The notes below the pieces were generated by a model. The model saw only the letters and a list, made by a program, of their open reading frames with translations, had not been told where the DNA came from and did no database searches. Shown piece after piece: positions 35,960 through 47,272 of a stretch of DNA of 64,000 bases. How positions within the stretch are numbered: the stretch's first letter is position 1; each line of letters starts with the position of its first letter. Source of the stretch: Cyanophora paradoxa CCMP329 (Eukaryota > Plantae > Glaucophyta); contig QPMI01000278.1 of the NCBI GenBank assembly GCA_004431415.1, positions 38,581 through 102,580 on the forward strand, written 5' to 3'. The translations under genes and the position numbers were made by a program.

Positions 35960-38900
35960 ATGGACTGCGGCGTGTGCAAGGGCCGGCTGCGGGCGCCGGT
36001 TCTGCTGCCCTGCACCCACGTGAGCCCCCGCACGCGCCGCCCGAACGCAGCTGACGCACGCATTCAGTCATTCTGCGAGGCCTGCGCACGAAACCTCCGC
36101 CGCTGTCCTGCGTGCCGGGCCGATGTCCCTGCCGGTGCGTCGTTCGTGTGTCGGAGTGGCTGCCGCCGCGCCCCTAGGACGTCTGGCTTGCTTTGCGTGA
36201 GCGCTGATGCGGCGGTGCCGGCGGGCAGGGACCAAGCTGAAGCGGAACGTGACGCTGGAGGCGCTCCTGATGCAGCTGGACCTGGCCAAGCGGGGCAGCT
36301 CCCTGGGCGGCTCCCTGGGCTTTAGCGAGATCTCGCCCTCCGACCTCAAGCACATGCGCACGCTCGGCCAGGGCACCTTCGGCGCGCCCCGCCCCGCCCC
36401 GCGCTCGCTCACTCGCTCGCTGCGGGCCGGCGCCGGCTGAGGGGCGGGGCGCGCAGGGAAGGTGACGCTGTGCCGGTGGAACGACACGGAGGTAGCCGTG
36501 AAGCAGCTGGTGCGCCCCGGGCGGGCGGGCGGGGCGTGGCGCGGGGGGGCGGCTAAGGGCGTGCGTGCGCAGGTGGTGCAGCACATGAACGCGAAGGACG
36601 TGGAAGCGTTCAAGAAGGAGGTCGCCATGCTCGCCGCCTGCCGCCACCCCCACGTCGTCCAGGCCCGCCCGCAGCTCACCCCGCCGCCCGCCCCCCTTAT
36701 CCGGGCGGGGCAGTTCCTGGGGGCGAGCACGAGCGCGCCGTACTGCCTGGTGACGGAGTACATGGGGCGGGGCAGCCTGTGGGACTACCTCCGGGGCCGG
36801 GGCGGGGCGGGGCTCCCGCTGCGGCAGGCGCTGGACGTGGCGCTGGGCGTGGCGCGGGGCCTGCGCTACCTCCACAGCCGCGACATCATGCACCGCGACC
36901 TCAAGTCCCCCAACATCGTGCGCCCCCGCCGCCGAGGGCGGGAGGGAGGGCTCGAGCGAGCGAGCGGGGGCGCAGCTGCTGGACGAGGCGATGCGGGCGA
37001 AGCTGTGCGACTTCGGCCTCTCCCGCGTCAAGGCCGAGGCCCGCCCCGCCCCGCCCCGCCTCCACCCGCCCCGTCCTGCCGGCCTCACGCCGCCCGCAGG
37101 GGGCCGTGATGACGCAGGGCATCGGCTCGCCCCTCTGGATCGCCCCCGGTGCGCCCCGCCGCCCCGCCCCGCCCTCCCGCCCCGCCGCGGAGCCGACGGC
37201 CGGGCAGAGGTGCTGGCGAGCGGGCGGTACGGGCTGCCCGTCGACGTCTACGCCTTCGGCATCGTCCTCTACGAGCTCGCCACCGCAGAGGCCCGCCCCC
37301 GCCCCGCCCCGCCCGTGTGGCTGCGGGCCCCCTCACGGCCCCCGCAGGTCCCCTACGCCGGCATGTCCGCCGAGCAGATCGTGCGGCCCCGCCCCCCGCG
37401 CCGCTCTGCCCGGCCGGCCCGCCTCACGCCCCCGCCCCCAGATGCGCGGCGTGGCGGCCGGGCAGCGGCCGCGCATCCCCTCGGCGGCCCGCTCGCACCC
37501 CTTCGTGCCCCTCATGCAGCGGTGCGCCGGCCGGCGGGGGCGACGGGGCCGGGGGCTGGCGGCTAACCTCGGCCCGGGCAGGTGCTGGGCGCAGGAGGCG
37601 GGGAAGCGGCCGGGCTTCGAGGCGGTCATCCGCGACCTCGAGGCCATCCACGCCCCCCCGCCCGGCCCCGGCCCCGCCCAAGCACCCGCTCCACGCGCCG
37701 CCCCGGCCCCCTCCCTGCCCCCCGCCCCGCACAGGGCCCCACCCACGCGCCCTCCGCCGCCCCGTCCCCGCCCCCAGCCCCGTCTCCGCCCCCCGCGGCA
37801 GCGGACCGGGCAGGGCGGCCGCCGGTCCCCGCCGTGGGCTCAGCGGGGAAGCGCGCCCCGTCGCCGGCGGGGGCGGCGCGGGGCCCGCAGCCGACGGGGG
37901 CGCTGCGGGTGGCGCGGCAGGCCCTCGCGCCCCGCCCCTCCTCCGCCTCCTCGCGCGTCCTCGAGCCCCTCCCCGCCGCTCCCCCGCAGAAGTCCCCCGC
38001 AGGCCCCGTCCCCGCCGCCCCAAGCCCCGGCCGCGGCCTCCCCGCCTGCCCCGCCCCGTTCCCGGTCTCGCCATTGCCCCCGGCCTCGGCCTCGCCACCC
38101 TCCCCTCCGCAAGGCGCGCACCAAGCCCCAGCCGCCGCCCCCGAGGCGCGTCCCACGCCGGCACCCGCGGCGGCGGCGCCCCTCCCAGCCCGCCCCGCGA
38201 GCCTCCTCCCGCGCCGGCGGCCGCCGCCGCGCCCGTCCGTCCCCCACCGCCAGCCCGCTGCTCCTTCGCCGCACGCCCTCCGCGCCCCTCCCCTCTCCTC
38301 GTCCCGCGCCCGGCTGCTGCGCCCACCCCGTCGGTCGCGGCGGGCGCCGCCGCCGCCGCAGCTGCTGCGGCCCTCCCGCCGCCGGCCGGCGGGGGCTCGG
38401 CGCGCCGCGTGGCGCCCCCGGCGCCGGAGGCCGCCCCACCAAAGGCGCCGGCCGCCGCGCCGGTGGCCCGGCCGCCCTCGCCCTCGCCCCGCCCCTCTTC
38501 GGCGTACCGGCCGCCGTCGCCGAAGGGCGTGCGGCCGCCCTCGCCGCTGCGCGGGGCGCCGCCGCCCGACGACGGCCTCTCGGAGGAGGAGCGCAAGCGC
38601 ATCGCCCGCGTGCGCCCCGCCCCGCCATCCTGCGCCGCGCCGCGCCGGCGGCCGACGGGGCGGGGCGCAGGAGCGGGCGCAGCGGCGGGCGGAGGCGGAC
38701 GCGGAGATGCTGCGGGCGCTGGCGCGGGGCCGCGAGGAGCAGCGGCGGCGCGCCCAGGAGGAGCACGCGCGGCGGGCGCAGGAGTACGCGCAGGCGCTCG
38801 GGCGGGGCGCGCAGCAGTGGCGCGATGCCTTCGAGGCCCGCCGCCGCGACGCCTCCCCGGGACGGAACGCCCCGGCCCCGGCCCCCGCGCAGGCCGCCGG

Positions 38901-41394
38901 GGCGTCCCGGCCGGAGGAGGACGCTCGGGGGAGGAGCGGCCTCCTGCGCCCTCGTCGCCCCCGGCCGCGGCCCCGCAGGACGGCCCGTCTGCCCCGCCCG
39001 TCGCCTCCTCGAGATCCCTCTCCCACCCTCGCGCCCCGAGGCGGGCCCCTCCGCGCCCTCCGCCGACGCGCCCCCGCCGCCGCACGCCTCGCGCTCGGGC
39101 GGCGAGCGGGGCGGCCCGGGGGCGCCCACCGAGTCGCCTGTCGCGTCTTCCAGCGGCCCGCCCGCCCCGCCAGCCGCTGTATTCTCCGCGCACCCCTCTC
39201 CGCCCGTCGCCTCCCTTCGGCCTCCCGAGCAGCAGCCGGCGCCGGCCGCCTCGCTCCGCGGGGCCGCTCCGCCAGAGCCGCCCGCCGCGGCCGCCCGGGC
39301 CCCTCGACCTCCCTCCAGCACCCCGCCGCCTCCCTCCGCGCGCCCCTCGCCCCGGAGCCGCCCATCGCCTCCCGCACGCCCCCCGGGCCCCACGCCCCTC
39401 CCGCCGCCTCCGCCCCGCCCTCCTCCTCCCTCCCCCGGGACGGCCAGCACCCCGTCGCGTCTCTGCGGACGTCCCTCGGCCACCTCCCCGCCGCCGCCGC
39501 CTCCCTCGCCGCCCCCGCGCACGTGCCCCCGCCCCCGCCCTCCTTCCGTCCACCCCACGAGGCGGAGGCCGCCTCGGCGCCGTCGGACGCCGGCGCGGGT
39601 GCGCCTGCGTACCACGCCCCGCCAGAGCAGCCCGCCTACGCGCCATCCTACTACGCTCAGCCGGAGCCGTCCTACTACGCTCAGGCGGAGTCGCCAGCGT
39701 ACGAGCCGCCTCAGCCGCCCGTGTACGCCGTGCCGGAGGCGCCCGCCCACGCCTCGCGGGATTCGAACGCCTACGCGCCACCCCAGCCGCTCTACGCGCC
39801 GCCGGAGCCGCCGGCCCACGCGCCGCAGGAGGCGCCGGCCTACGCGCTCTACGCGCCGCAGGAGGCGGCAGTCTACGCGCTCTCCCCGCCGGCCTACCAT
39901 GCCCCGGCGGAGCCGCCCTACCACGCTCATCCGGAGGCACACGCGCACGCGCACGCCCAGCAAGCCTACTACGCGCCACCGGAGCCGCCGGCCTACTCAC
40001 CCGCGGAGACGCCAGCCTACGCTCCGCCGGAGCCACCCGCCAGCTCATCACCGCAGCCGCCCCATTACGCCCCGCAGGAGCCACCTGCCTACGCCTCTCC
40101 CCAACCGCCCTACTACGCCCCGCCGGAGGCAGCCGCCTACGCCTCTCCAGAACCGCCGCCTCATTACGCGTCGCCGGACGCACCCGCCTACACGCCGTCC
40201 CCGGCGGCATACTACACTCCGCCAGAGGCGGGCGCGTACAGCCCGGCGGATCGGGCGGCCTACCCGGCGCCCCAGGCGCCCTACTACACGCCGCCCGAGG
40301 CGCCAGCCTTTGCGTCGCGGGAGGCGGCGGGGAGCGGTGGCGGGGCGGGCGCGGCGTGGGCATCGGCGTCGCTGGTGACGACGGGGCCGGGGGGCTCGGC
40401 CGAGGGCCTCGCCGGCCCCGGCACCCCCGAGGCCTCCGCCACGGGCCCCGCCCCGCCCCGCGCCAGGCCTGGGGCGACTCCTCCGCCAGCGGGGCCGCCT
40501 GGACGGCCCCGCGCAGGCGGGCTCCTCCCCTCCCCGCGGCCTCCTCGGGGCGCGGGCGGGGAGCCTGCCCGCGACGGGCTCTGCCTCGGGGTCGGGGCGC
40601 GGGGCGGCGCGGCCGGTGGAGCTGCGGGCGGGCCTGGTGGTGGACCTGGCGGCCCCCGAGGTCTCCCTCTTCGGCCGCGCCCTCGGCGACGACGAGTGCC
40701 GCGCCCTCGCCGAGGCCCGCCCCGCCCCGCCCCGCCCCGCCGTACCCCCGCCTGACGGGGCGGGGCGGGGGGCGCAGGGGCTGGCGGGGAACGGGAGGGT
40801 GACGGCGCTGGACCTCGGGGGCAACCGCATCGGCTTCGCGGGCGCCCGCGCCCTCGGCCGCGCCCTCGCCTCCAACCCCGCCCTCCGCCTCCTCAACCTC
40901 GACAAGCACGCCGCCCCGCCCCGCCCCCGGCCCCTGGGCCCCCCGGCCTGACGGGCTCGCAGGAACCGCCTGGGGGACACGGGCGCCGCGTACATCGCCG
41001 ACGGCCTGCGCGAGAACCGCGCCCTCGAGAGCCTCCTCCTCAGGCCTGCCCGCACGCCCGCCCGCGCTGCAGCGCCGGCTCTTCCGCGGCTGAGGCGCCG
41101 GGTGCAGCGGGAACGGGGTGCGGGAGGCGGGCGGGCGGGCGCTGGCGGAGGCGATTGCCGGGAACCCCGAGTCGGCCCTGCGCCGCCTCGACCTCCTGGA
41201 CAACCGGGTGCCCGCGCCGCCCGCCGCCGGCCCCGTGCCCGGCCGGGGGCGCTGAAGGGTGGCAGGTGGCGGGGGCCGGGGAGGAGCTGCTGGCGGCGAA
41301 GCGCGCCTCGCCGTCGCTCTCCGTCGTCGACGTCCGCTTCAACGGCGTCCCCGCCGCCGTCGCCGCCGAGCTCCGCGCCCCGCGCTTCGCCTAG
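35960..41394 (+). CDS. RING finger - TKL protein kinase - Pro/Tyr-rich linker - RNI-like LRR protein
   Basis: RING CGVC..LPCTH|SFCEAC..CPAC. Kinase motifs LGQGTFG, VAVKQL, HRDLKSPN, DFGLS, WIAP|E, DVYAFG. C-terminal repeats LDLGGNRIGFAGARALGRALASNPALRLLNL. Linkage of the LRR part to the kinase is inferred; apparent frameshifts in the GC-rich linker. Confidence 0.82.
39600..40310 (+). repeat. Coding degenerate repeat (YAPPEPPA-like)
   Basis: About 20 tacgcgccgccggagccg-type units. Confidence 0.85.
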
Positions 41395-41537
41395 CTAGCT
41401 ATAGGGCCTGTCACAATCGCGAGTCTTGAAGGCGAAGGGGCGGGTGATCTGCTGTTTTTTGAGGGGGCGGGGTACCGATCTCTGCCGCAATTCGATCGTC
41501 GGCCCGAGCCGGTGCACGGCCCTGCGGACGAGAGGCG

Positions 41538-43535
41538 ATGGAGCGCACGGTAGCCAGCGCTCCCGGCAAGGTGCTGGTGACGGGCGGCTACCTGGTGCTG
41601 GAGCAGCCGAACGCCGGCCTCGTCCTCTCCGTCGGCGCGCGCTTCTACGCGGTCGTCGAGCCGCTGCGGCCGCCAGTCGAGGGCGGCGCCGCCGTGCGCG
41701 TGCAGGTCCACTCGCCGCAGTTCGAGCGGCGGGACGCGTTCGACTTCGATGGCGTGCGGCTCGTCCCGGCGCCGCCCTCGTCGCCTGGGCCGCGGAACCG
41801 CTTCATCGAGTACCCGATCTCGCACTGCCTCGCGCTGGCGCGGTCGTCGCTGGGCGAGGCGCGCTTCCGCGAGCGCTGCGCCGGCGGCCTGGCCGTCACG
41901 TTGCTCGGCGGCAACGACTTCTACTCGCACCGCCTCGAGGCGCGCCGGCCGCGCTCTGCGCTGCGTGATCGCGCCTCTGACCGCGGCTGACGCCGGCCCA
42001 GGTCGAGCGGCGCGGCCTGCCCCTCTCCTCCGAGTCCCTCGCCTCCCTGCCGCCCTTCCTGCCGCCCGACCGCGCCCCCGACGGCGGCATCGTGAAGACA
42101 GGCGCGACCCGCCGTCGCCGCACCGCCGCATCTGCGCCTGCGCCGGGGCTGACGGGGCGGGTGGACAGGGCTGGGGAGCTCGGCAGCGCTGGTGACGGCG
42201 CTCGTGGGGGCCCTTTTGCAGCACTTGGGACTCGCCGACCTCCCGTCCCCCGAAGGGCCCCCCGCAGGCCGCCCCGACGCCCACGAGTGCGCCGCCCGCC
42301 CGACGCCCGCCTGCCGCGCCGCACGCAGGCCGACGGGGGCGCGCGGGGCAGGGTGGCGCTGCGGCTGGTGCACAACGTGGCGCAGCTCGCCCACTGCCGC
42401 GCGCAGGGCAAGGTCCGCCCCGCGCCCCCGCGCCATCCCGGACCGCCCCGCCGAGCTCGAGGGGCGGGGGGCAGATCGGGAGCGGGTTCGACGTGAGTGC
42501 GGCGGTGTACGGCTCGCAGCGCTACGTCCGCTTCTCCCCGCCCTCCTCGACGGCCTCCTCGCCGGCCCCGTGCGCCCCGCCCGCCCCCGCCGGACCCGCC
42601 CGCCGCTGCGCCCCGGGGCGAGCGGGGCGGCAGGCGGAGGACGAGGACGCGGTCCCCGCCCCCGAGGCCCTCGAGGCCTGCCTCCGCCGTGCGCCCGCCC
42701 GCCTCCCCCCTCGGCCCCCCCTGCCCCCGCCGGCGCCGCGCTGACAGGGGCAGGGGAGTGGGACGGGGCGCGGGAGGGGCTGCGGCTGCCGCCGGGGCTG
42801 GCGCTGGTGGTGGGGGAGGTGCACGGCGGCTCCAACACCCCGGCCCTCGTCTCTGCTGTCCTCCGCTGGCGCGCCGCACGCTCCCCGGATGGTCGGGCCC
42901 GCCCCCCGCCCCGCCCCAGCCTCCCGTCCCCGCCCGCCCGGCGGCCGACGGGCGGCAGTGGAGAGGGTGTGGGGCGGGCTGGCGGCGGCGAACGCGCGGG
43001 TGGAGGCGGCGCTGCGGGCCCTCGAGCGGGAGGCGCGGGAGCGGCCCGAGGGGTACGCGGCGGAGCTGGCGCGCTGCGGGGCGGCGGTGCGCGGGGCGTG
43101 GGGCGGGGCGGGGCGCGTGGGGGCGCTGCTGGGGAGGCGTGGGAGGCGTTCGCGGCAGCACGGCCTTGCTGCGGGAGCTGGGGGTCGGGGCGGGGTGCCG
43201 GTGGAGCCGCCCGAGCAGACCGCCCGCGCCGACGCCGCCATGGCCCTCCCCGGCGTCCTCGCCGCCGGCGTCCCCGGCGGTCCGACCCGCCCCGCCCCGC
43301 CCGCCCCGCCCCGGCGCGGCGCGGCGCGGCTGACGGGCGCCCGTCTGCAGCGGGGGGCCACGACGCGCTGTTCGGGATCGCGGTGGAGGGCCCCGCGCGG
43401 GCCGCCCTGGAGGCGGCCTGGCTCGGCGCCTCCGTGTGCCCCCTCCCCTGCCCCGACGCCGCCGGCGCCGGCCTCCTCCGCCTGCCCCCGGCCGCCCTCC
43501 CCATCGACCTCCCCGGCCCCGACGCCCCCTGCTGA
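41538..43535 (+). CDS. ERG8: Phosphomevalonate kinase (ERG8/plant type)
   Basis: SAPGKVLVTGGYLVLE, KT|GLGSSAALV, AHCRAQGK|IGSGFDVSAAVYGS, GGSNTP, VPVEPPEQT, GVPG|AGGHDA. Confidence 0.93.
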
Positions 43536-43844
43536 CCCGCCCCGCCCCGCACCACGTGCACCCCGCCCCGCCCCGCCCCGCCCCCGGCCCTGCGCACGCT
43601 TCTTCCTAATAGAAGGTTCCTTCAATACGATTTCATCGAGAGCACAGGTTCTCTTTAGCGGGTTTACGATCTCTTTAAAAAGCGAAAAATAGGCGATTCG
43701 AAACGCGAAAGGTGACGGGGACGGGGGCTGCGCAGGACGGGTACGGAGAGCACTAGTACTCGTGGGGCTGGCGGGAGCGCGGGGAGGAAGGGGCCGCGGA
43801 TCGGCCGGGGGGGGAAAGGAAGGGGGGAAAGGAGCGGGGGGACG

Positions 43845-44905
43845 CTAGTCGAGGCGGCGGGCGGAGGCGTCGGGGTCGTCGAGGAAGGGCTCGTACATGT
43901 CGAAGAAGGCGAAGAGGAGGGCGAGGTGGCCGACGGCGGCGCCCAGGCCGAGCGTGGCGAGCCCGAGGGCCTCGAAGGCGACGAAGGAGGCGCAGAGCTT
44001 GAAGTGCTCGCGGAAGCCGGTGAACATGGAGACCGAGGAGGAGCCGCGGTTGAGCTCCCACTTGTCGGCGAAGAGGACGGGGGTGACGAAGACGGTGGCG
44101 AGGATGCGGGGGAAGACGAGCCAGATGAGGACGGAGAAGCCGGCGAAGAGGAGCGAGGTCAGGACGACGACGGGGTCCGCGAATGCGAAGGTCCCCGTCA
44201 CCAGCGAGAGGGCGCCCAGCACGTACGCCGCGATGAAGAGCTTCACCGACATGCAGATGAGGCCCACCACGCCCGAGCGCACCACGCTCACCAGGATCGC
44301 CGCCGCGTCCAGCATCGGCGGCATGTTCGGCCGCTGCGTCGCCACCGCGACGGCGTGGGCGAGGGAGATGGGCCGTCGCCTCAGCTGGGCGAGCCCGAAG
44401 GTGAAGCCGACCTCCGTGAAGAACTGGGCGATGCAGTGGAGCGGGACGGCGACCTTGGCTATCTGCTCGGCGAGGCCCTCGGTCTCGAGGATGAAGTTCT
44501 GCTCCAGGAAGTAGATGGCGGCGATGACGGGCAGCAGCAGGTCCGCGATGGTGGGCAGGAGGAAGAAGGCGCCGTAGATCACGGGGTACTCCCGCACGAG
44601 GAGCCACGACTGCTGCACATACTCTCCCAGACGGAACAAGACGAGATCCTGCCCCGAGGCCGACGCCCGCAGGTCAGCGGCCGACCGCGGCGCGGGCAGA
44701 GGCGGCGCGGCGAGCGGAAGAGCACCTTTTCTCTTAGCTTCGTTACGGGCCTCTTCTCGCCCGACCCGTAAGTGAACCACGGCCGCGCTGGCCTGACCTC
44801 GCTGGCAGGAGCGAATGCCACCGCTCGTTGCGTGAAGGTCAGCTCCACCGGCTTTGGTATCGAAGCTCCAGCTTCTAGGTCGCTCAGACCATTCAGTGAC
44901 GCCAT
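43845..44905 (-). CDS. Hypothetical multi-pass membrane protein
   Basis: Long exon with strong codon bias and several hydrophobic helices; short upstream exons starting MASLNGLSDLEAG. Confidence 0.7.
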
Positions 44906-45430
44906 CCCGGCGCTACTAAAGGGTGCCGGTGGCATAAAAAACGGCGCGGGGCCGAAGTGCTCAACGGCGTGCTGGCCTGGACTAGCTGCTGACGGGCGAA
45001 TGCCGAACGCTCGATGGATGCAAAGCGGCTATGCTGCTACCGTCCGGGGAGTCAGCTTCGATTTCCAGGCTGTGCAGCCAGCGATTCCGTGAAAGAAAGC
45101 CTGGCCGATGAGCTGCTGGCCCCAGCGCTGAGAGTGGCGGGATCCTGCAGTTCCGCCGCGCTTATAAGAGGAAATAACGGCCGAAAACGCCTGCGCGAGG
45201 TGCAGCGGTCAAAACGCGCGCCGCGTTGGCAGCGTGGGAAGGGAGGGACGAGGCGTCACGCGCGCACCGCCGCCGCTTCCTTTCTTCGAATCAAGCGCAG
45301 TTTGCTCGAGCTGGTCAGGGTTTTCCGATTCGCAAGGCGCGCTCTGCGTACCCAGGGATCATTCCACCCTGGGTACAGCGCGAGGGCCGGGCCAACGGAA
45401 AAAAAGGGCCGCTACTTCGCCTCACGAAAG

Positions 45431-46895
45431 ATGGTCGGGAGCCTGTACATCGCCCGCCACGGCGAGCGTGTCGACTACATCAACGGTTCGCCGCCTTCGA
45501 AATCCTAAACGGAGCCTGCCCCAACTGACACTCGTCCCTTTACCCTGCTTGCCCCTCGTCCCGCAGCTGTCTGGAACGACGGTACGAGCTTTACCGATCA
45601 ATTACCGCCTCAACAGTGCCGCCCAGCCCTATCCCTCGAGAGCTAACCCTTGAGTTCGCCGCACCTCCGCTGCGCCACCAGATGCCGATTTCCCGTACGG
45701 TCAGTTTATCTGTTTAATCACCCCGCCCCCTTCGCACTCTGACTCGCGTGCCCAGACCCGCCGCTTTCGGATGGTGAGCCCTCCGACTGAGTCTGTGCCC
45801 CGGCTCAAGGGAACGGGCCGCTCCCGGCGTTAGCCCGCAAAGCGTCTCAACTTCATGTTCGCAGATGGCATGCGGCATGCCCAGGAGCTCGGCCGGCGCC
45901 TCGCCCGGCGCGTCCACCGCGCTGGCCCCGGCGGCCAGATCCACAAGGTCCTCGTGTCGCCCTTCTGGCGCACCCTCCGTGAGCTCCGGCGGCCACCGCC
46001 CTGTGTCCACTTCAGAGGCTGACGCCCGTCGCACAGAGACGGCCAGCGGCGCGAACGCGTGGCTGAACGCCCCCATGGAGGTAGGTTGGAGCGCCGGCGG
46101 CCGAACGCAGCGGGGGTGCGAGGGGGCGCGGGGCGCAGATCTACCCGATGGTGTGCGAGCACATCTCGGGCCGCTACTTCCACGAGCTGCCCCTCATCGA
46201 GATGAACTCGCTGCCGGGTGCGCGGCGCCGGCCGCCGGGGCGGGGGGCGGCGGGGGGAGCGGGGCGAGCGGGGCGGGGCGCAGGGTCGATCCTGGCGAAG
46301 AACTTCCCGGGGCTGCAGGCGCCGAAGGGCCCCGTGCAGGTGGCGCCCTACCCGGAGTCGAAGGAGCAGATGTCGGAGCGGGCGGCGAACGCGGTGCGCA
46401 TGATCGCCCAGCAGTACTGCATGAAGCAGAACCTCAACGTCCTCGTCGTCACCCGTGCGCCCCGCGCCACCTGCGCTCGCGCGCGGCGACACGGCGGGGC
46501 GCGGGGTGACGGGGCGGGGACGGGGGCGCAGACGCGGCGGTGGCGCAGGAGATGATGAAGGGGCTGGTGGGGCTCGAGGAGTACGAGGCGGTCGTCAACC
46601 GCGAGGGCGCCGTCGGCTACTGCGCGTCGGTGAAGCTCTCCTTCCAGCCGGGGCTGGGGCGCTGGGGCATCGAGTGGTACCACCGCGGCGAGAAGACCCG
46701 CCACGTCCTCCACTGGTACTCCTTCGTCCAGGTGCCCGCCCCCGCCCCCCGCCCCCGCCCCCCGCCCCCCGCCCCGCCCCGCGGGGGCCGACGGGGCGGG
46801 CGGGGGGGCAGGACCGGGTGATGGAGCTCTTCACGGGCCCCCTCAAGCAGCGCCTCAAGGACGAGATGCGCGACGAGATCGAGAGCATGCAGTAG
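45431..46895 (+). CDS. Histidine phosphatase / phosphoglycerate mutase family protein
   Basis: LYIARHGERVD, VLVSPFWRTL|QTA, YPESKEQMSERA, NVLVVT|H motifs. Confidence 0.85.
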
Positions 46896-47272
46896 CCGCC
46901 CGTCGCCGCCGCCGGCCGCCCCGCGCCGCCCGCCCGCCGATACAAGGCGTTTACCCTTGTTTAGTAGCAAGTATAAGCAAGATATGTTGTACCACAGTAA
47001 TTGCAATTACGAAGTCTGCATCGACTGCGTTCGCGGGCTCGCGAGTGGCTCTTCACGCCCCCCGAACCCGAATTGGAGTTCCGAGCTCGAGTTCGACTGG
47101 AAAGATGCATATGCTCAACTTGGAAGAACAGTACATCTCAAAGAAAGCAGCGGCTAACGATAAAAGATCTAAAAGTGCAAGTGCCTACCAAAGCAACTAT
47201 CAAAGCAGAGCTAGCTCGTGGGACAAAGAGGGGGGGCGGAGGGTAGGGCGGTGGTTCGGGTGGGAGGGGCGG

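Noticed and set aside
36779-41203. Very long ORFs (1199, 1217 and 1259 aa) on both strands
   Set aside because: R/G/P/A low-complexity shadows caused by extreme GC; the spliced kinase gene explains the region.
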